Under the pieces are notes generated by a model, which worked only from the letters and a program-made list of their open reading frames with translations, made no database searches and was not told the DNA's origin. From positions 1-52,326 of IMG/VR virus record IMGVR_UViG_3300023112_000019: 52,326 nt of DNA. One strand, 5' to 3'. The translations under genes and the position numbers were made by a program. The number at the start of each line of letters is the position of its first letter. Position 1 is the first letter of the stretch. Of this stretch, positions 39,844 to 49,717 are shown one piece after another. Source of the stretch: a virus. Its lineage: Duplodnaviria; Caudoviricetes.

Positions 39844-41973
39844 TTAGTCAATGGGTTTCCCAACAATTGCGCCAGAGTTTGGATGAAATGGAGGAACATC
39901 TAGGATACTTAGAATCTCAAGATTGACTTCATCTGGAGCATCAGCGCAAGACGCGCAGTTTGAATCCTTAATGATTTCAGCTTTCTTGAATCCTCTGTCT
40001 TTTAATCCTGCTGCTTTCCCATAGTTATATGCTCTCATCCTTTCTGTAGCATCTATAAAGTCGCCTCTATACTTAATCTTATCAAAAATTTCGTTAACGG
40101 CTGCTTGCATGAGAGTTCTACTATTGCCTTCCCATGTCATTTGGTCAATGGTGTTCTGAACCTTTCCGTTAATGTCTTTCATGTACTTATTTATAAAATG
40201 TGTTGTTGTATCTTTAACTGCTTGAAAATCTGTAGTTATTAATCTTTCAATATCTTCTGCAGGTACATTAGCATCTCTTAATCCTTGAACATACTCTGCT
40301 CTATCTATTGCGAGATACTTCTTTAAGGCATTATCTTTGCCTAAATTAATTAGTGTATTAATCCAATTGCGGTCAATTATCTGACTCTTAACATGCTTTG
40401 AGATATCATTCTTAAGCATTCTGGTTATATTGGAAACGTATCCATCACTGGTCTTGTAGTAGTCCAATCTAGATCTCTGTGGACCTGTCTTGGTTCCGTT
40501 TTGATTAGTTGGGGCGTTAGAGTTCTTCGCAGAAGCTGACGCTTTAGCAGAGCCTCCACTAGCGCTAGATCCCGTTGAAGCTGCTTTGGCTGCTGCTCCA
40601 ACTTTAGTAATGGCGAGCTGTCCTTCCATTTGTGCATTAATCTCTCTAAGTCCAACTCTATCAAAGAACATGAGCGCCTCTTGTTCTTCTGTAATAGGTT
40701 CTTGACCGGTGATTCGCCTGGCTTCATTAACATCAATTATATTTCCGTTGAACAGAACTTGAGCATTAGTGTTCTTCTTTAACTGCTCTTCTATGTCTAT
40801 TTCTCTGTACTTGAACTCAGGTATGTACTCTGGATCTAATACATCAAAGTTGAATGTGGATTCAAGAAGAAGTTCTTTTACGACTTCTTTATTAATGAAC
40901 TCCTGCATTATGTCTTGGTAATCTTTAACTGAGTCGACCATTGTTCTAGATAATGAATCGGCTGTTGCGCGGTTGGCTGTATCCCCTTCTCCAAGGTCTA
41001 CTCCAGAAACTCCTAGTCCAGCAAATACTCTTTGCTTGAAGTAGTCTAGGTATTCTCTAACCTTAAGCGCTTTCCCTTCTGCTCCAATGAATTCAATGTC
41101 ATGTCTCTCAGGAGTAACGATACCACCTTCTGCTGGCATATTCTGTATCTGAGATCTAACATACTCAACCTCTGACATCACTGTTCCATCAGGCAGTCTA
41201 ATATCTGCTGAAGGCTTTGATTCAGTTCCTACTTTATATTGAAAGATAGGGAATAGAGTTTGATATATAAGGAGCTCTACGTTTTCTTCAATACGACGTA
41301 GCGCGCGAATGTCTTCTTTTACTGGTACAATTTGAGGTGTACCAAATGTGAAGCCTGTTTTCTTGTAAGCATGGAAATGAATTATATCTCTTGGAGAGAA
41401 TTCTCTACGTCTACCATCAGGCATAACCTGGCGATACTTAACGACTTTTCCACTCTTGTTCTTTTTTACTTCTACGTTTTCTGCACCCATAGGAAAGTAA
41501 CCTGCCACTGGTTGAATACCAGCGATAGTTCTACCACCTGATGCTTTTGCATTTCTTACTTTGACCCAGAAGAAGTTAGATCTAGACAGAAGCGCATGCC
41601 CTGTCTGACGTAAGAGATCATTCCAACACATTCCTGAGACATGCTCAATCTGCTGAAGTCTTCTCTTTATGTAGTCAATAGTCTCTTTGTTCTTGCCTCT
41701 GTACTCATGTCCTTCTTTGAACATTAAGGCTGTCTTCTTTTGGAAGGCTTGACGAACGTAGGACTCAACGTCCTCGATTACACCAATTTCCATTAGGTTA
41801 TATTCAGGTGGAGAGAATTGCTCTCTGGCACCGTAGTCGTGAGTAGGCTTTCTTATGCTTATCTTCCTGCCGTTACTTCTGTTTTCAACAACAGCTAGTG
41901 TAGCACTTTGAGCATCTCTATATTCTTTCATTTTATCGAAAGTGATTATTCTATCGGCTTTCTCTATCTTCAT
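39844..41973 (-). CDS. Portal protein fused to a C-terminal MuF/SPP1 gp7-like domain
   Basis: Portal motifs FSPRDIIHF, GTPQI, VFAGLGVS, IIDVNEARRITGQEP. After an Ala/Ser linker comes TERMRAYNYG...CASC...PPFHPN. Confidence 0.85.
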   Translation of the reverse strand: MKIEKADRIITFDKMKEYRDAQSATLAVVENRSNGRKISIRKPTHDYGAREQFSPPEYNLMEIGVIEDVESYVRQAFQKKTALMFKEGHEYRGKNKETIDYIKRRLQQIEHVSGMCWNDLLRQTGHALLSRSNFFWVKVRNAKASGGRTIAGIQPVAGYFPMGAENVEVKKNKSGKVVKYRQVMPDGRRREFSPRDIIHFHAYKKTGFTFGTPQIVPVKEDIRALRRIEENVELLIYQTLFPIFQYKVGTESKPSADIRLPDGTVMSEVEYVRSQIQNMPAEGGIVTPERHDIEFIGAEGKALKVREYLDYFKQRVFAGLGVSGVDLGEGDTANRATADSLSRTMVDSVKDYQDIMQEFINKEVVKELLLESTFNFDVLDPEYIPEFKYREIDIEEQLKKNTNAQVLFNGNIIDVNEARRITGQEPITEEQEALMFFDRVGLREINAQMEGQLAITKVGAAAKAASTGSSASGGSAKASASAKNSNAPTNQNGTKTGPQRSRLDYYKTSDGYVSNITRMLKNDISKHVKSQIIDRNWINTLINLGKDNALKKYLAIDRAEYVQGLRDANVPAEDIERLITTDFQAVKDTTTHFINKYMKDINGKVQNTIDQMTWEGNSRTLMQAAVNEIFDKIKYRGDFIDATERMRAYNYGKAAGLKDRGFKKAEIIKDSNCASCADAPDEVNLEILSILDVPPFHPNSGAIVGKPID

Positions 41974-44093
41974 ACACTAAATCCCGCGCTTACTGCCCAC
42001 TGCTCTATTTTACTAACATCAGCATCAGTAGACAAGTTAGAACCACGACATAAGTTAAATTCAATCACTGAAACAGGTACTTGGAAGCCAAGGTCTGTAA
42101 CTGTTGCCGTTACTTTTTTGTCAGTAATGTCTCCAACATCTTTTGGAATACCATCACTGTTTAATTTCTTTATCTCATCTAGATTGTCTAACTGTGTTAT
42201 TTCATCAGTCTCTGGATCTGCAAGTTCTAAAACTGCATCCGAAGGAGCGATTAATAAACTCTGCTCTCCACCATCGTTCTGACCAACATAGACATTATAA
42301 TAATTGTTCTTTTGTTCAGTACCACTATTTGCAGTTAGGAAACTTCCTAGTGCAACTGAGGGATCACCATTGCTATTCTCGCATATATTTTTGTTGTTGG
42401 CTAGTTTTATCAATGTGTTAACAACACCAATCAGTCTTGCAATCCTTTGAATGTTGCGAGCTCCTTCCATCATTTCACCGGAAGTTGCTGCTCTACCAAA
42501 GATAAGTCTTTGTAATTCATCACGCATAACAGTCAGCGTATCATTAACCATACGACGTCCATTAAGTGCTTGATTTCTTAGTTCGTAAAGACTTGAGCTT
42601 AATCCTTGTCTTGCATTTCTTAAAGCCCCTTTTGTTTTTCCTAGCACGTTTGGACTAGATACTTGGCTTTCTCTTATTAGCTCAGTTAGATTGTTCTCTC
42701 CACCTTCTCCATATTCTGTTTGATATTTTGCTTTAACATCAGCTAGATCATCATCGATTGTGGCAATCTCTTCATTAATAGTTACTGCACTAAAGATGCC
42801 TGGTGATTGCTTCTCGCTAGGCTCAGCTGCATTATCAAATTTATTGGCTAAGTCATAAGACTTTTGACCTTTATATCCACCAACAATTTGTGGCGGTGGT
42901 CTATTACCAGATAAAGGTTCATCTGGATTTTGCTTTAATTCACTAAGGTAAGATCTTCTTTCCTCTAGCTGTTCTTTCTTGTTTCTTAAGTATCTCTCAC
43001 GTTTCCTGTGATAACTTATATTCTGAATCTCTGCGACGTCTAATGCTCTCTTTACATCAAGCTTTGCAAGCTGATTATCTAAAGAGTTAATAATACAATC
43101 AACTGGACCCATAATCATTTGAATAAACTTATCTAATAATTCATTGAGACCATTTAACATAGGGCCAAAGAAAGGTCCTATAAACTGTAAGAATGCGCCG
43201 TCTAGATTTGGAATTAAATCTCTGTACTTATTCATCAATGTACTTAGTAGCACAATCAATGCATATAGATCAGGTACACATATTGGGTCTAAGAAATTAA
43301 GAAGACTACATATGTCATCTGCTATTTCTGTATTGTTGAGAAGGGCTTTCATCTGGTCAATTAAAGCTCTGTATTTATTTAGGAGTTCTTCTAGAACTCC
43401 AAGTAAGGCTCCACTAATATTGATATCATCTAAACCGTCTAGCCTCAAGCCGCACGGAATACATGTTTCCATAGTAGTGTTTTTATATTTACCTTTTGAT
43501 TTGTTTTTATAGGATGCTGTTGGTTTAGTGCCTGCTGTCTCTGCTTGAATTCCACTAACGACTTTTGTAGGACTAGAGAAACCTTCTGCTGGATTAATTT
43601 GTTCTGGTTGAGCATTTGGTAGAGATTGAGAGTAATCAAGACTAGAGTAGTCTTCTGACGTCTCATCTACAAACCCATCTTTTCTAAAACCAAGACCTTG
43701 TGTTTCTTCTGTTCTTGGAACTTCTCGATCTTTCATTCCATCAAAGATTTCTTTTACTTGAGTCTGAGCATCATCGTATACAGACTGACTTACTGTATAG
43801 TTTCCAGTAAACTTTTCTATATCTTTATAGCTATTTAATTTCCCCAAGGAATCTACTGGTCTATCTATTTCATCTAGCGTTAGCTTCTCAAAGTTATCAA
43901 GAGTGTTCTTTCCTGCTTCGACATCTACTCGTAGACCTTTCATTTGCTCAAGAAGCATTGGGTATATACCAGTCTCGTCACTAACAACTAGTGAGCTGGC
44001 ATAAGTTTTATATGCATCTATAATGACTTGGCATGATTGCTTAAGCGATATGACATCAGCTGAAGTAATAGCAATTTCAATAGTCTCAGCCAT
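41970..44093 (-). CDS. Hypothetical protein (707 aa), helical with Cys motifs
   Basis: Long ORF coupled to both neighbours; no recognised family. Confidence 0.6.
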   Translation of the reverse strand: MAETIEIAITSADVISLKQSCQVIIDAYKTYASSLVVSDETGIYPMLLEQMKGLRVDVEAGKNTLDNFEKLTLDEIDRPVDSLGKLNSYKDIEKFTGNYTVSQSVYDDAQTQVKEIFDGMKDREVPRTEETQGLGFRKDGFVDETSEDYSSLDYSQSLPNAQPEQINPAEGFSSPTKVVSGIQAETAGTKPTASYKNKSKGKYKNTTMETCIPCGLRLDGLDDINISGALLGVLEELLNKYRALIDQMKALLNNTEIADDICSLLNFLDPICVPDLYALIVLLSTLMNKYRDLIPNLDGAFLQFIGPFFGPMLNGLNELLDKFIQMIMGPVDCIINSLDNQLAKLDVKRALDVAEIQNISYHRKRERYLRNKKEQLEERRSYLSELKQNPDEPLSGNRPPPQIVGGYKGQKSYDLANKFDNAAEPSEKQSPGIFSAVTINEEIATIDDDLADVKAKYQTEYGEGGENNLTELIRESQVSSPNVLGKTKGALRNARQGLSSSLYELRNQALNGRRMVNDTLTVMRDELQRLIFGRAATSGEMMEGARNIQRIARLIGVVNTLIKLANNKNICENSNGDPSVALGSFLTANSGTEQKNNYYNVYVGQNDGGEQSLLIAPSDAVLELADPETDEITQLDNLDEIKKLNSDGIPKDVGDITDKKVTATVTDLGFQVPVSVIEFNLCRGSNLSTDADVSKIEQWAVSAGFSV

Positions 44094-44551
44094 TAAGCAA
44101 TTCCTATATCTGACTTAACATCAACTCTAGCTTTTATAACTTCTGGTGATACACCTTGACCTAGTGGTGCTGCAGAAGGACCTAGTGCTTGTTGTCTTGC
44201 GTCTTGTTGTTGTGCAAATGTGTCTGCAACTGCAAGAATCGGCGTAGCTGAAGGAACAGCAGGTGCTGGTGGTGGTCCAGGAATTCCAGGAGAAGGCGCT
44301 CCAGGTGCAGCAGTCGCATGTACGTGACCTGCTATTGCTGCTGTAATATCTGTCTTTAATGCTAGAACTTCTTTATTGAAATTACCTTCTATCTGAGTTA
44401 ATCTTTTATTTAGATCTGCTTCAAACTTTTTAAAGTCTTCAATGTGTACGAAGTCGCCTTTAAAGAACTTGTTAAACATTGTTCTGTATAGTTTTTGAAA
44501 TCTCGTAGATGTAGCAAGTTCATTGGCTACAATATCAGCTAACAGCGTCAA
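44093..44551 (-). CDS. Hypothetical coiled-coil protein with HxH motif and Pro-rich segment
   Basis: TTG at 44551 preceded by GGAGG; AIAGHVHATAAPGAPSPG. Confidence 0.55.
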   Translation of the reverse strand: MTLLADIVANELATSTRFQKLYRTMFNKFFKGDFVHIEDFKKFEADLNKRLTQIEGNFNKEVLALKTDITAAIAGHVHATAAPGAPSPGIPGPPPAPAVPSATPILAVADTFAQQQDARQQALGPSAAPLGQGVSPEVIKARVDVKSDIGIA

Positions 44552-45011
44552 GTGGGCCTCCGTTCTCAATAGACATATGAGAAATGTATTTATTAATTTT
44601 TTCGTGGTAAGCCAGAACTTCTTCAAACATTGCGTATGTTATTCTTCCTGATGATGCTCCAAATAGGTCCATCTCAGCTGAAGCTAAAGCTTCATTCTTT
44701 GTCAGTTCTGGATCATAGTTTAGGGCGATATGCCCTGCTCTCTTTCTCATGACTTTTTGTATTAAATCAAAGTCATCCATTAGTCCATCTAAACCTGTCT
44801 TTAAGTTCTGAACTCTTTCAGGTTTGCTGATCTCTTTCACTGAAGACTGAGAGACTACGGCACCTTGAGCCGTGTCCACTTGCGGTGGTGGCTCAAAGTT
44901 AAAATTGCCTGTAGCGTTTATCCTTGTGCTATCATCAGTCGGTAAAGACTTAGTTAGAAAAGGAAAAATTACACGAATCTTTACATCGAAGTTTTCAGTA
45001 ACTGCTGCCAT
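44535..45011 (-). CDS. Hypothetical protein (158 aa)
   Basis: TAATG-coupled ORF between terminase and portal. Confidence 0.55.
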   Translation of the reverse strand: MAAVTENFDVKIRVIFPFLTKSLPTDDSTRINATGNFNFEPPPQVDTAQGAVVSQSSVKEISKPERVQNLKTGLDGLMDDFDLIQKVMRKRAGHIALNYDPELTKNEALASAEMDLFGASSGRITYAMFEEVLAYHEKINKYISHMSIENGGPLDAVS

Positions 45012-45475
45012 TAACTACCTACCGCGTTTTCCTCTGCGTTCATATGCAAAGATACGTCACTGATAGTTTGGACTCTAGTTCCAGGTGAGATACCAACTTG
45101 AATCCAGAATGGTTTGTATGATGTGTCGGATGCATTCGTATCACCGATGTCATCAAATACAACTTCATTTCCTGACTCAACGGCCAGCCATTCACTCTCT
45201 GTAGGTTGTTCATCTTTTATAATAATCTTATAATTAACAAACGCTTCAGGGAAATTGATATCTCCTACTCTAACTTTTCTGGCAGGTGTAGTAGTCATTC
45301 TAATTACTGTGTAATACGAATTCGTATCATCATTTCTTAAGAATTGTTTTTTCTCTACTACTTGTCCATCAGTCCCGTTATGAGTAGTCTGAATAGGTCT
45401 TGTCTGTAGTCCGTTCTTAGATATTTCTAAAAACTCACTGTTGTCTTCATCAAATTCGTAAACAAATAAAGCCAT
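45011..45475 (-). CDS. Hypothetical beta-rich protein (154 aa)
   Basis: Start moved to ATG 45475 (AGGAG SD); the ORF-track extension crosses a hairpin. Confidence 0.6.
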   Translation of the reverse strand: MALFVYEFDEDNSEFLEISKNGLQTRPIQTTHNGTDGQVVEKKQFLRNDDTNSYYTVIRMTTTPARKVRVGDINFPEAFVNYKIIIKDEQPTESEWLAVESGNEVVFDDIGDTNASDTSYKPFWIQVGISPGTRVQTISDVSLHMNAEENAVGS

Positions 45476-45498
45476 GTTCACTCCTGTTATATAATAAG

Positions 45499-45536
45499 TG
45501 GGGGCGCAGGAAAAGGGAGAGAAACCCACGCCCCCA
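45499..45536. other. GC-rich stem-loop downstream of terL
   Basis: TGGGGGCG (45499-45506) pairs with CGCCCCCA (45529-45536). Confidence 0.55.
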
Positions 45537-45552
45537 GGCAACCGAAGTCACC

Positions 45553-47508
45553 TTAAAAACTTGTTCTTCTTGTCCTCATCCCACCTCTTTTCGCAAATTG
45601 CTTTCTAGCGTCTTTACGTCTCGGGACTTGGTAATCATCATTATTAAAATCTTCTGGACTATTCATAATCCTTCTTTGTGTTTTTCTACTATCGGTTGAG
45701 GCCGGAAGTGGTTGGACAATGGATAAACCGTATTCTGTCCTGACCTTTGGCCCCTGAGGGGAGAGGTTTTGATTCCTAGAAGTAGCCGCCGCGGTTCCGC
45801 CTAACGTTGACTGTTCTAAGCCTTCGCCTATTCTACCGCTAAAAGTTATGTCTGTCGAGTAAGTTCTGTTAGTAAATTCAGAAAGTTCCATCTGGAAAGC
45901 TAATAGCGCAAGAACCATTGCATCAAGATCATGATCGCCGTTTGTTGCTTCGTATACTGGAACTCCAGATGCGGTAACTTTACCAACCATGTATCCACCA
46001 AGTTGATCCATTAAAATGTCATCAAATTCAGAGATCTTGATCTGTTGTTGCTCAAAGCGTCTAACAGCATTCTCTATCATGTATGGCTTCATCATTTTCT
46101 TTATAGGTTCTCCTGATATAGGATCGAACACTTCTACTTTGGAAGATGAATTAATACCAACTATGTTTTTTAGCCTCTCATCAATTCTGGCGTGCTCGTG
46201 ATCTTCACGCAGTGCGCTTAATCCGAATTGCTTTATAACTTCTATTTGTGTGGCTCCATATCCTTCATCAACGTAGACGAAGTCTGGCTGCCATAATCTG
46301 TTTAATTTAATTAGTTCTTGAATTGCCGCAGTCTGTGTCCATCCTGCTTTCTGAACAGTTTGTTTATCTACGATTCTAAAGATACTATGCTTTGGATCCC
46401 ATCCGACAACACACAACTTAGTTCCGTTCTCAACATCATTCCAGTCAATACCGATTGAGTATGTCCAACCGCTCTGAGGAATCATCTCTTGATATTTATA
46501 TTCTTCTTTGGCCGCATGCACATATTTGTGCTGGAATACACCTGTTGCAGCCTCACCGAACTCAGCAAGGATCTCATGTTGCCAACCTGTCTCTGTTTTA
46601 TAAAACTGACGTAGTTCCGCTTCCATCTTTGGACCCCATGCGGGATTCGCAGTAGATGCGTAGTAGAACTCTTTGAAACTCATGTTCTCTTGGCAGAAAC
46701 TGTAGAAGTATTCTCTACGACCTGAAGGAGTAGAAGATGCAAGGATTCGCACTTCACTATGCTCCATCATTAGGGCTACAACTGATTCAATATCTTCTGA
46801 TGAAAGGTAATCCATTTCGTCTAGAATAATAAAGTCAGCTTTCTGTCCACGGACAGCTTCAGCACCTTTAGCACCTGAAGAGAAACCTACAACTTTCGCA
46901 CCATTATACAGTTCAAGTACATGGTGAGGCGTTGCAACATTTTTCTTTACTTCAGCTTTTAATTCTGGGTTTCTATCTAGTAGTTCGTTGATTCTATTGA
47001 AGATCAGCTTAACCTGAGATAGATATGGTGTAAGAACAAGGATAGTTGAGAATCCGTCGACATACATCTGCGCGTCTTCGTCCCATCTTTGAATCTTTGG
47101 TGAATTTGTAAAAAGGTAATGCAAGATAGCAATAACCATCGCTTCTGATTTACCAAGACGACGCCCGAGTCTAAGAACCTTTCTTTTACTGGAGCATCTT
47201 AATATTAGTGATTGATATTCTTGTTTAGACTTAGAAACTCTAGGTTTCCAGTTTAGATTTGTTTCAGCCCACTCAATTGGATCATAGAGTGTTTGAGCAA
47301 GTTTTACTTCATCTTCTTCCCAGCCTTTTGTGACTATGTCTTGATTTGGTATAAACTTATTGTCTCCAGGTATGCCTTTACAATCAATGATGAACTCATT
47401 CTTCTTATGTGTTGGTTTCCCTGTTATTTCTGAAATTGGACCATCTTTAAGTGCAAGTCTTGTATCCTTGCAGTTCGTGCAATAGTCGTGTAGAACTTCA
47501 CATCCCAC
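45553..47508 (-). CDS. terL: Terminase large subunit
   Basis: Walker A LGRRLGKS, Walker B FIILDE, motif III SSTP, nuclease residues IGIDW and DHDLDA. Confidence 0.95.
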   Translation of the reverse strand: MGCEVLHDYCTNCKDTRLALKDGPISEITGKPTHKKNEFIIDCKGIPGDNKFIPNQDIVTKGWEEDEVKLAQTLYDPIEWAETNLNWKPRVSKSKQEYQSLILRCSSKRKVLRLGRRLGKSEAMVIAILHYLFTNSPKIQRWDEDAQMYVDGFSTILVLTPYLSQVKLIFNRINELLDRNPELKAEVKKNVATPHHVLELYNGAKVVGFSSGAKGAEAVRGQKADFIILDEMDYLSSEDIESVVALMMEHSEVRILASSTPSGRREYFYSFCQENMSFKEFYYASTANPAWGPKMEAELRQFYKTETGWQHEILAEFGEAATGVFQHKYVHAAKEEYKYQEMIPQSGWTYSIGIDWNDVENGTKLCVVGWDPKHSIFRIVDKQTVQKAGWTQTAAIQELIKLNRLWQPDFVYVDEGYGATQIEVIKQFGLSALREDHEHARIDERLKNIVGINSSSKVEVFDPISGEPIKKMMKPYMIENAVRRFEQQQIKISEFDDILMDQLGGYMVGKVTASGVPVYEATNGDHDLDAMVLALLAFQMELSEFTNRTYSTDITFSGRIGEGLEQSTLGGTAAATSRNQNLSPQGPKVRTEYGLSIVQPLPASTDSRKTQRRIMNSPEDFNNDDYQVPRRKDARKQFAKRGGMRTRRTSF

Positions 47509-47529
47509 TATACTCTCCCTTAGAATATT

Positions 47530-48045
47530 TTAGTAGGCTCCTGGCTGCCAGATCTGTTTTTTCATCATAGTTTCGGTTAATCTTACTGCAGATTGTTGTT
47601 TAGCTTTGGCTGTATCGTATTGTAGCTTTTGAGCTAGTGTTGCATTTCTGTGAGTAACGTTTAGTCCTTGGTTTGAGCTTAGTGTAGAATAACCGAGCCC
47701 TGCTCCTGCCATTCCTCCTATTGCTCTACTTCCGCTACCCATTCTATTCAGTCTCATTTGAAACTGACCTACAGCATCTCCGATCTTGCCTTTACGGTTC
47801 TGAGACATTCCTGAAGCTCCCAGTCTTGATAAGCCTTTGTTTATTAACTTATCTCCTCCGACTCTTGCTCCTGATATTGCACCTGCGCCAAGTCGTCCTC
47901 CGACACCCATGGCTGCACCTTTCGCTGCTCCACCCAGTATGTCCCCACCTGAATAAGCTGCTCCTGCCCCACCTGCTATTGCGCCTGCTGCTCCATAGGC
48001 TGCAGTTGATGTGGCTAGATTTCTTATTGCATTCATTCTACTCAT
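47530..48045 (-). CDS. Gly/Ala-rich basic small protein (171 aa)
   Basis: Glycine-zipper segments GAAGAIAGGAGA and GGMAGAGLG; AGGAG SD. Confidence 0.6.
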   Translation of the reverse strand: MSRMNAIRNLATSTAAYGAAGAIAGGAGAAYSGGDILGGAAKGAAMGVGGRLGAGAISGARVGGDKLINKGLSRLGASGMSQNRKGKIGDAVGQFQMRLNRMGSGSRAIGGMAGAGLGYSTLSSNQGLNVTHRNATLAQKLQYDTAKAKQQSAVRLTETMMKKQIWQPGAY

Positions 48046-48398
48046 TTCAGTCTCCTAGTTCTTCTCTTTCTACGTAGTGTTGGTCTCGGTTTATTCTCTC
48101 TTGCGAGCTTCATAAACTTTCTGACGTATCTCTTGTGCCCTTCGTCTTCTTGATGAATGCTCTTGTGGCATTTACCGCAAAGGGTTATTCCGTTAGTAGA
48201 CAAGAACGTTAGTTCTGGAAATACGGACTTTAGTTTAATATGGTGGGCCTCAATGTACCCGCCAACTTTTTCACATAGCTGGCACTTAAATCTATCTCTT
48301 TTGAAAACTCTGGTACGCCAATCTCTATATTTCTTTGTTCTGTAAATCGTACCTTTCTTTATTTGTTTTCTTATTTTCTCTTTTGAGTCTTTTTTCAT
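48042..48398 (-). CDS. HNH endonuclease, possibly terminase-associated
   Basis: WRTRVFKRDRFKCQLC...EAHHI...NGITLCGKCHKSIH; lies close to terL. Confidence 0.9.
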   Translation of the reverse strand: MKKDSKEKIRKQIKKGTIYRTKKYRDWRTRVFKRDRFKCQLCEKVGGYIEAHHIKLKSVFPELTFLSTNGITLCGKCHKSIHQEDEGHKRYVRKFMKLARENKPRPTLRRKRRTRRLK

Positions 48399-49030
48399 TA
48401 GTTATGCATGTACTGCGCTTCAGATCCTAGCATACTATGTCCGGGACTTCCGGCTCCTCTGCTTTGACCTATCAGGTTCATGCCCTGCTGTTGTGAACGC
48501 ATTGTTCTTTGATTTTGTGTTATTGGAGTTGCCCCCAGCCCCAAACTCTTTCTGTAAGATTTTCCGGCGTTATCCATCATGTTTCCTACTATAGCTCCTG
48601 GATTAGTTCCTGTCATATGCATTGCGACAGATCCTATAAGTGCTGCGGCCATTCCATATGGTCCAGCTCTTCCAACAGTTCCAAAGAGCGCCATGTCAAA
48701 AGCTGCATCAGCACCTATCTTCATGGTTTCTTGAGCCATGTGGCTTCCAAAACTATTCTTAGTAGAGTCATGAGACATTGCAGCGAAAGGTAAACCAAGC
48801 AGTGCATATCCACCAGGGATCGTCATTGCTGCTTTACCAAACATTCCAGCGGCTTTTCCACTTGCTCTTGCGGCCATGCCTGCAGCATTGCTTCCAACCA
48901 TAGCCTTGTTTAACTGCCATGCATTATTCATTGCTGCTGTACCGCCTATGGCAGCACCTCTGCCAGCTGCGACAGCGCCTCTGCCTGTTGCTCGTAGCAT
49001 TCTTCTACTAATTCCTGGTCTATCAGCCAT
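48398..49030 (-). CDS. Gly/Ala/Met-rich basic protein with hydrophobic segments (210 aa)
   Basis: Composition; translationally coupled on both sides. Confidence 0.6.
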   Translation of the reverse strand: MADRPGISRRMLRATGRGAVAAGRGAAIGGTAAMNNAWQLNKAMVGSNAAGMAARASGKAAGMFGKAAMTIPGGYALLGLPFAAMSHDSTKNSFGSHMAQETMKIGADAAFDMALFGTVGRAGPYGMAAALIGSVAMHMTGTNPGAIVGNMMDNAGKSYRKSLGLGATPITQNQRTMRSQQQGMNLIGQSRGAGSPGHSMLGSEAQYMHN

Positions 49031-49620
49031 TAATCACCCCAGCCTAGTTTATTGTAATTATCGCCATATTTTCTATATCGACTCATCATCGTCCTGTATT
49101 TTATTCCTAGCATCTCTGCTCCTCTCTTTATGCAAACTTCGAATCCATCTGATAAAGTAATGAACTTCTTTGGTATTCTTTCTTGGATTAGCTCAGAAAG
49201 AACTAATCCATGCCTTCTATACCTATCTTTTATCGTTCCTCTTGGAATTCCCGTTATGTCAGCTAATTCAGCCAAGGTAACAATTCTATTCTGATATCGA
49301 ATAGTTATGTTATTTCTCTTATTTCGACATTGTTGCCGAGGTGTTGCCCATCTGCAATTTCTTGGCTCATAATTTCCTGATGTTTCGGTCCGGTCTAGCG
49401 TCTTTGAGTCATCATAACCATTCTCTATCGCCCATTTTTTAAATGAAAGATAAGATGTATCCCATTCCTCGCAAATGCTTATTCCCTTCGCTCCATAGCT
49501 TAAGAAATCTTTATGCTTATCACTATTGCATCTTCTTCTTGCTCCAACCCAAATATTATAAATTCTATGATACTTTGATTTTGGATTGGTATCACCATCA
49601 CTACTTCTTTTATTTGCCAT
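49030..49620 (-). CDS. HNH-family homing endonuclease with C-terminal HTH-like domains
   Basis: YGAKGISICEEW...FKKWAIENGY...TLDR...GNYEPRNCRWAT; TLAELADITGIPRGTI. Confidence 0.85.
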   Translation of the reverse strand: MANKRSSDGDTNPKSKYHRIYNIWVGARRRCNSDKHKDFLSYGAKGISICEEWDTSYLSFKKWAIENGYDDSKTLDRTETSGNYEPRNCRWATPRQQCRNKRNNITIRYQNRIVTLAELADITGIPRGTIKDRYRRHGLVLSELIQERIPKKFITLSDGFEVCIKRGAEMLGIKYRTMMSRYRKYGDNYNKLGWGD

Positions 49621-49656
49621 TATTTTTCCTTTTATTAATCCTCTAATCTTAAGGAA

Positions 49657-49685
49657 ATACTACCACAAGGCTTTAAAGTAGTCAA
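49657..49685 (-). promoter_or_regulatory. sigma70-type promoter TTGACT-N17-TAGTAT with extended -10 TG
   Basis: Intergenic, directly upstream of the HNH gene. Confidence 0.6.
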
Positions 49686-49717
49686 CCCCCTTATTCTAAA
49701 GGGAAAAAATTAATCCA

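Noticed and set aside
45553-47508. Intein or intron in terL, portal or capsid genes
   Set aside because: Motifs are contiguous with normal spacing; no intein C/S...HN signature or split frame was seen.
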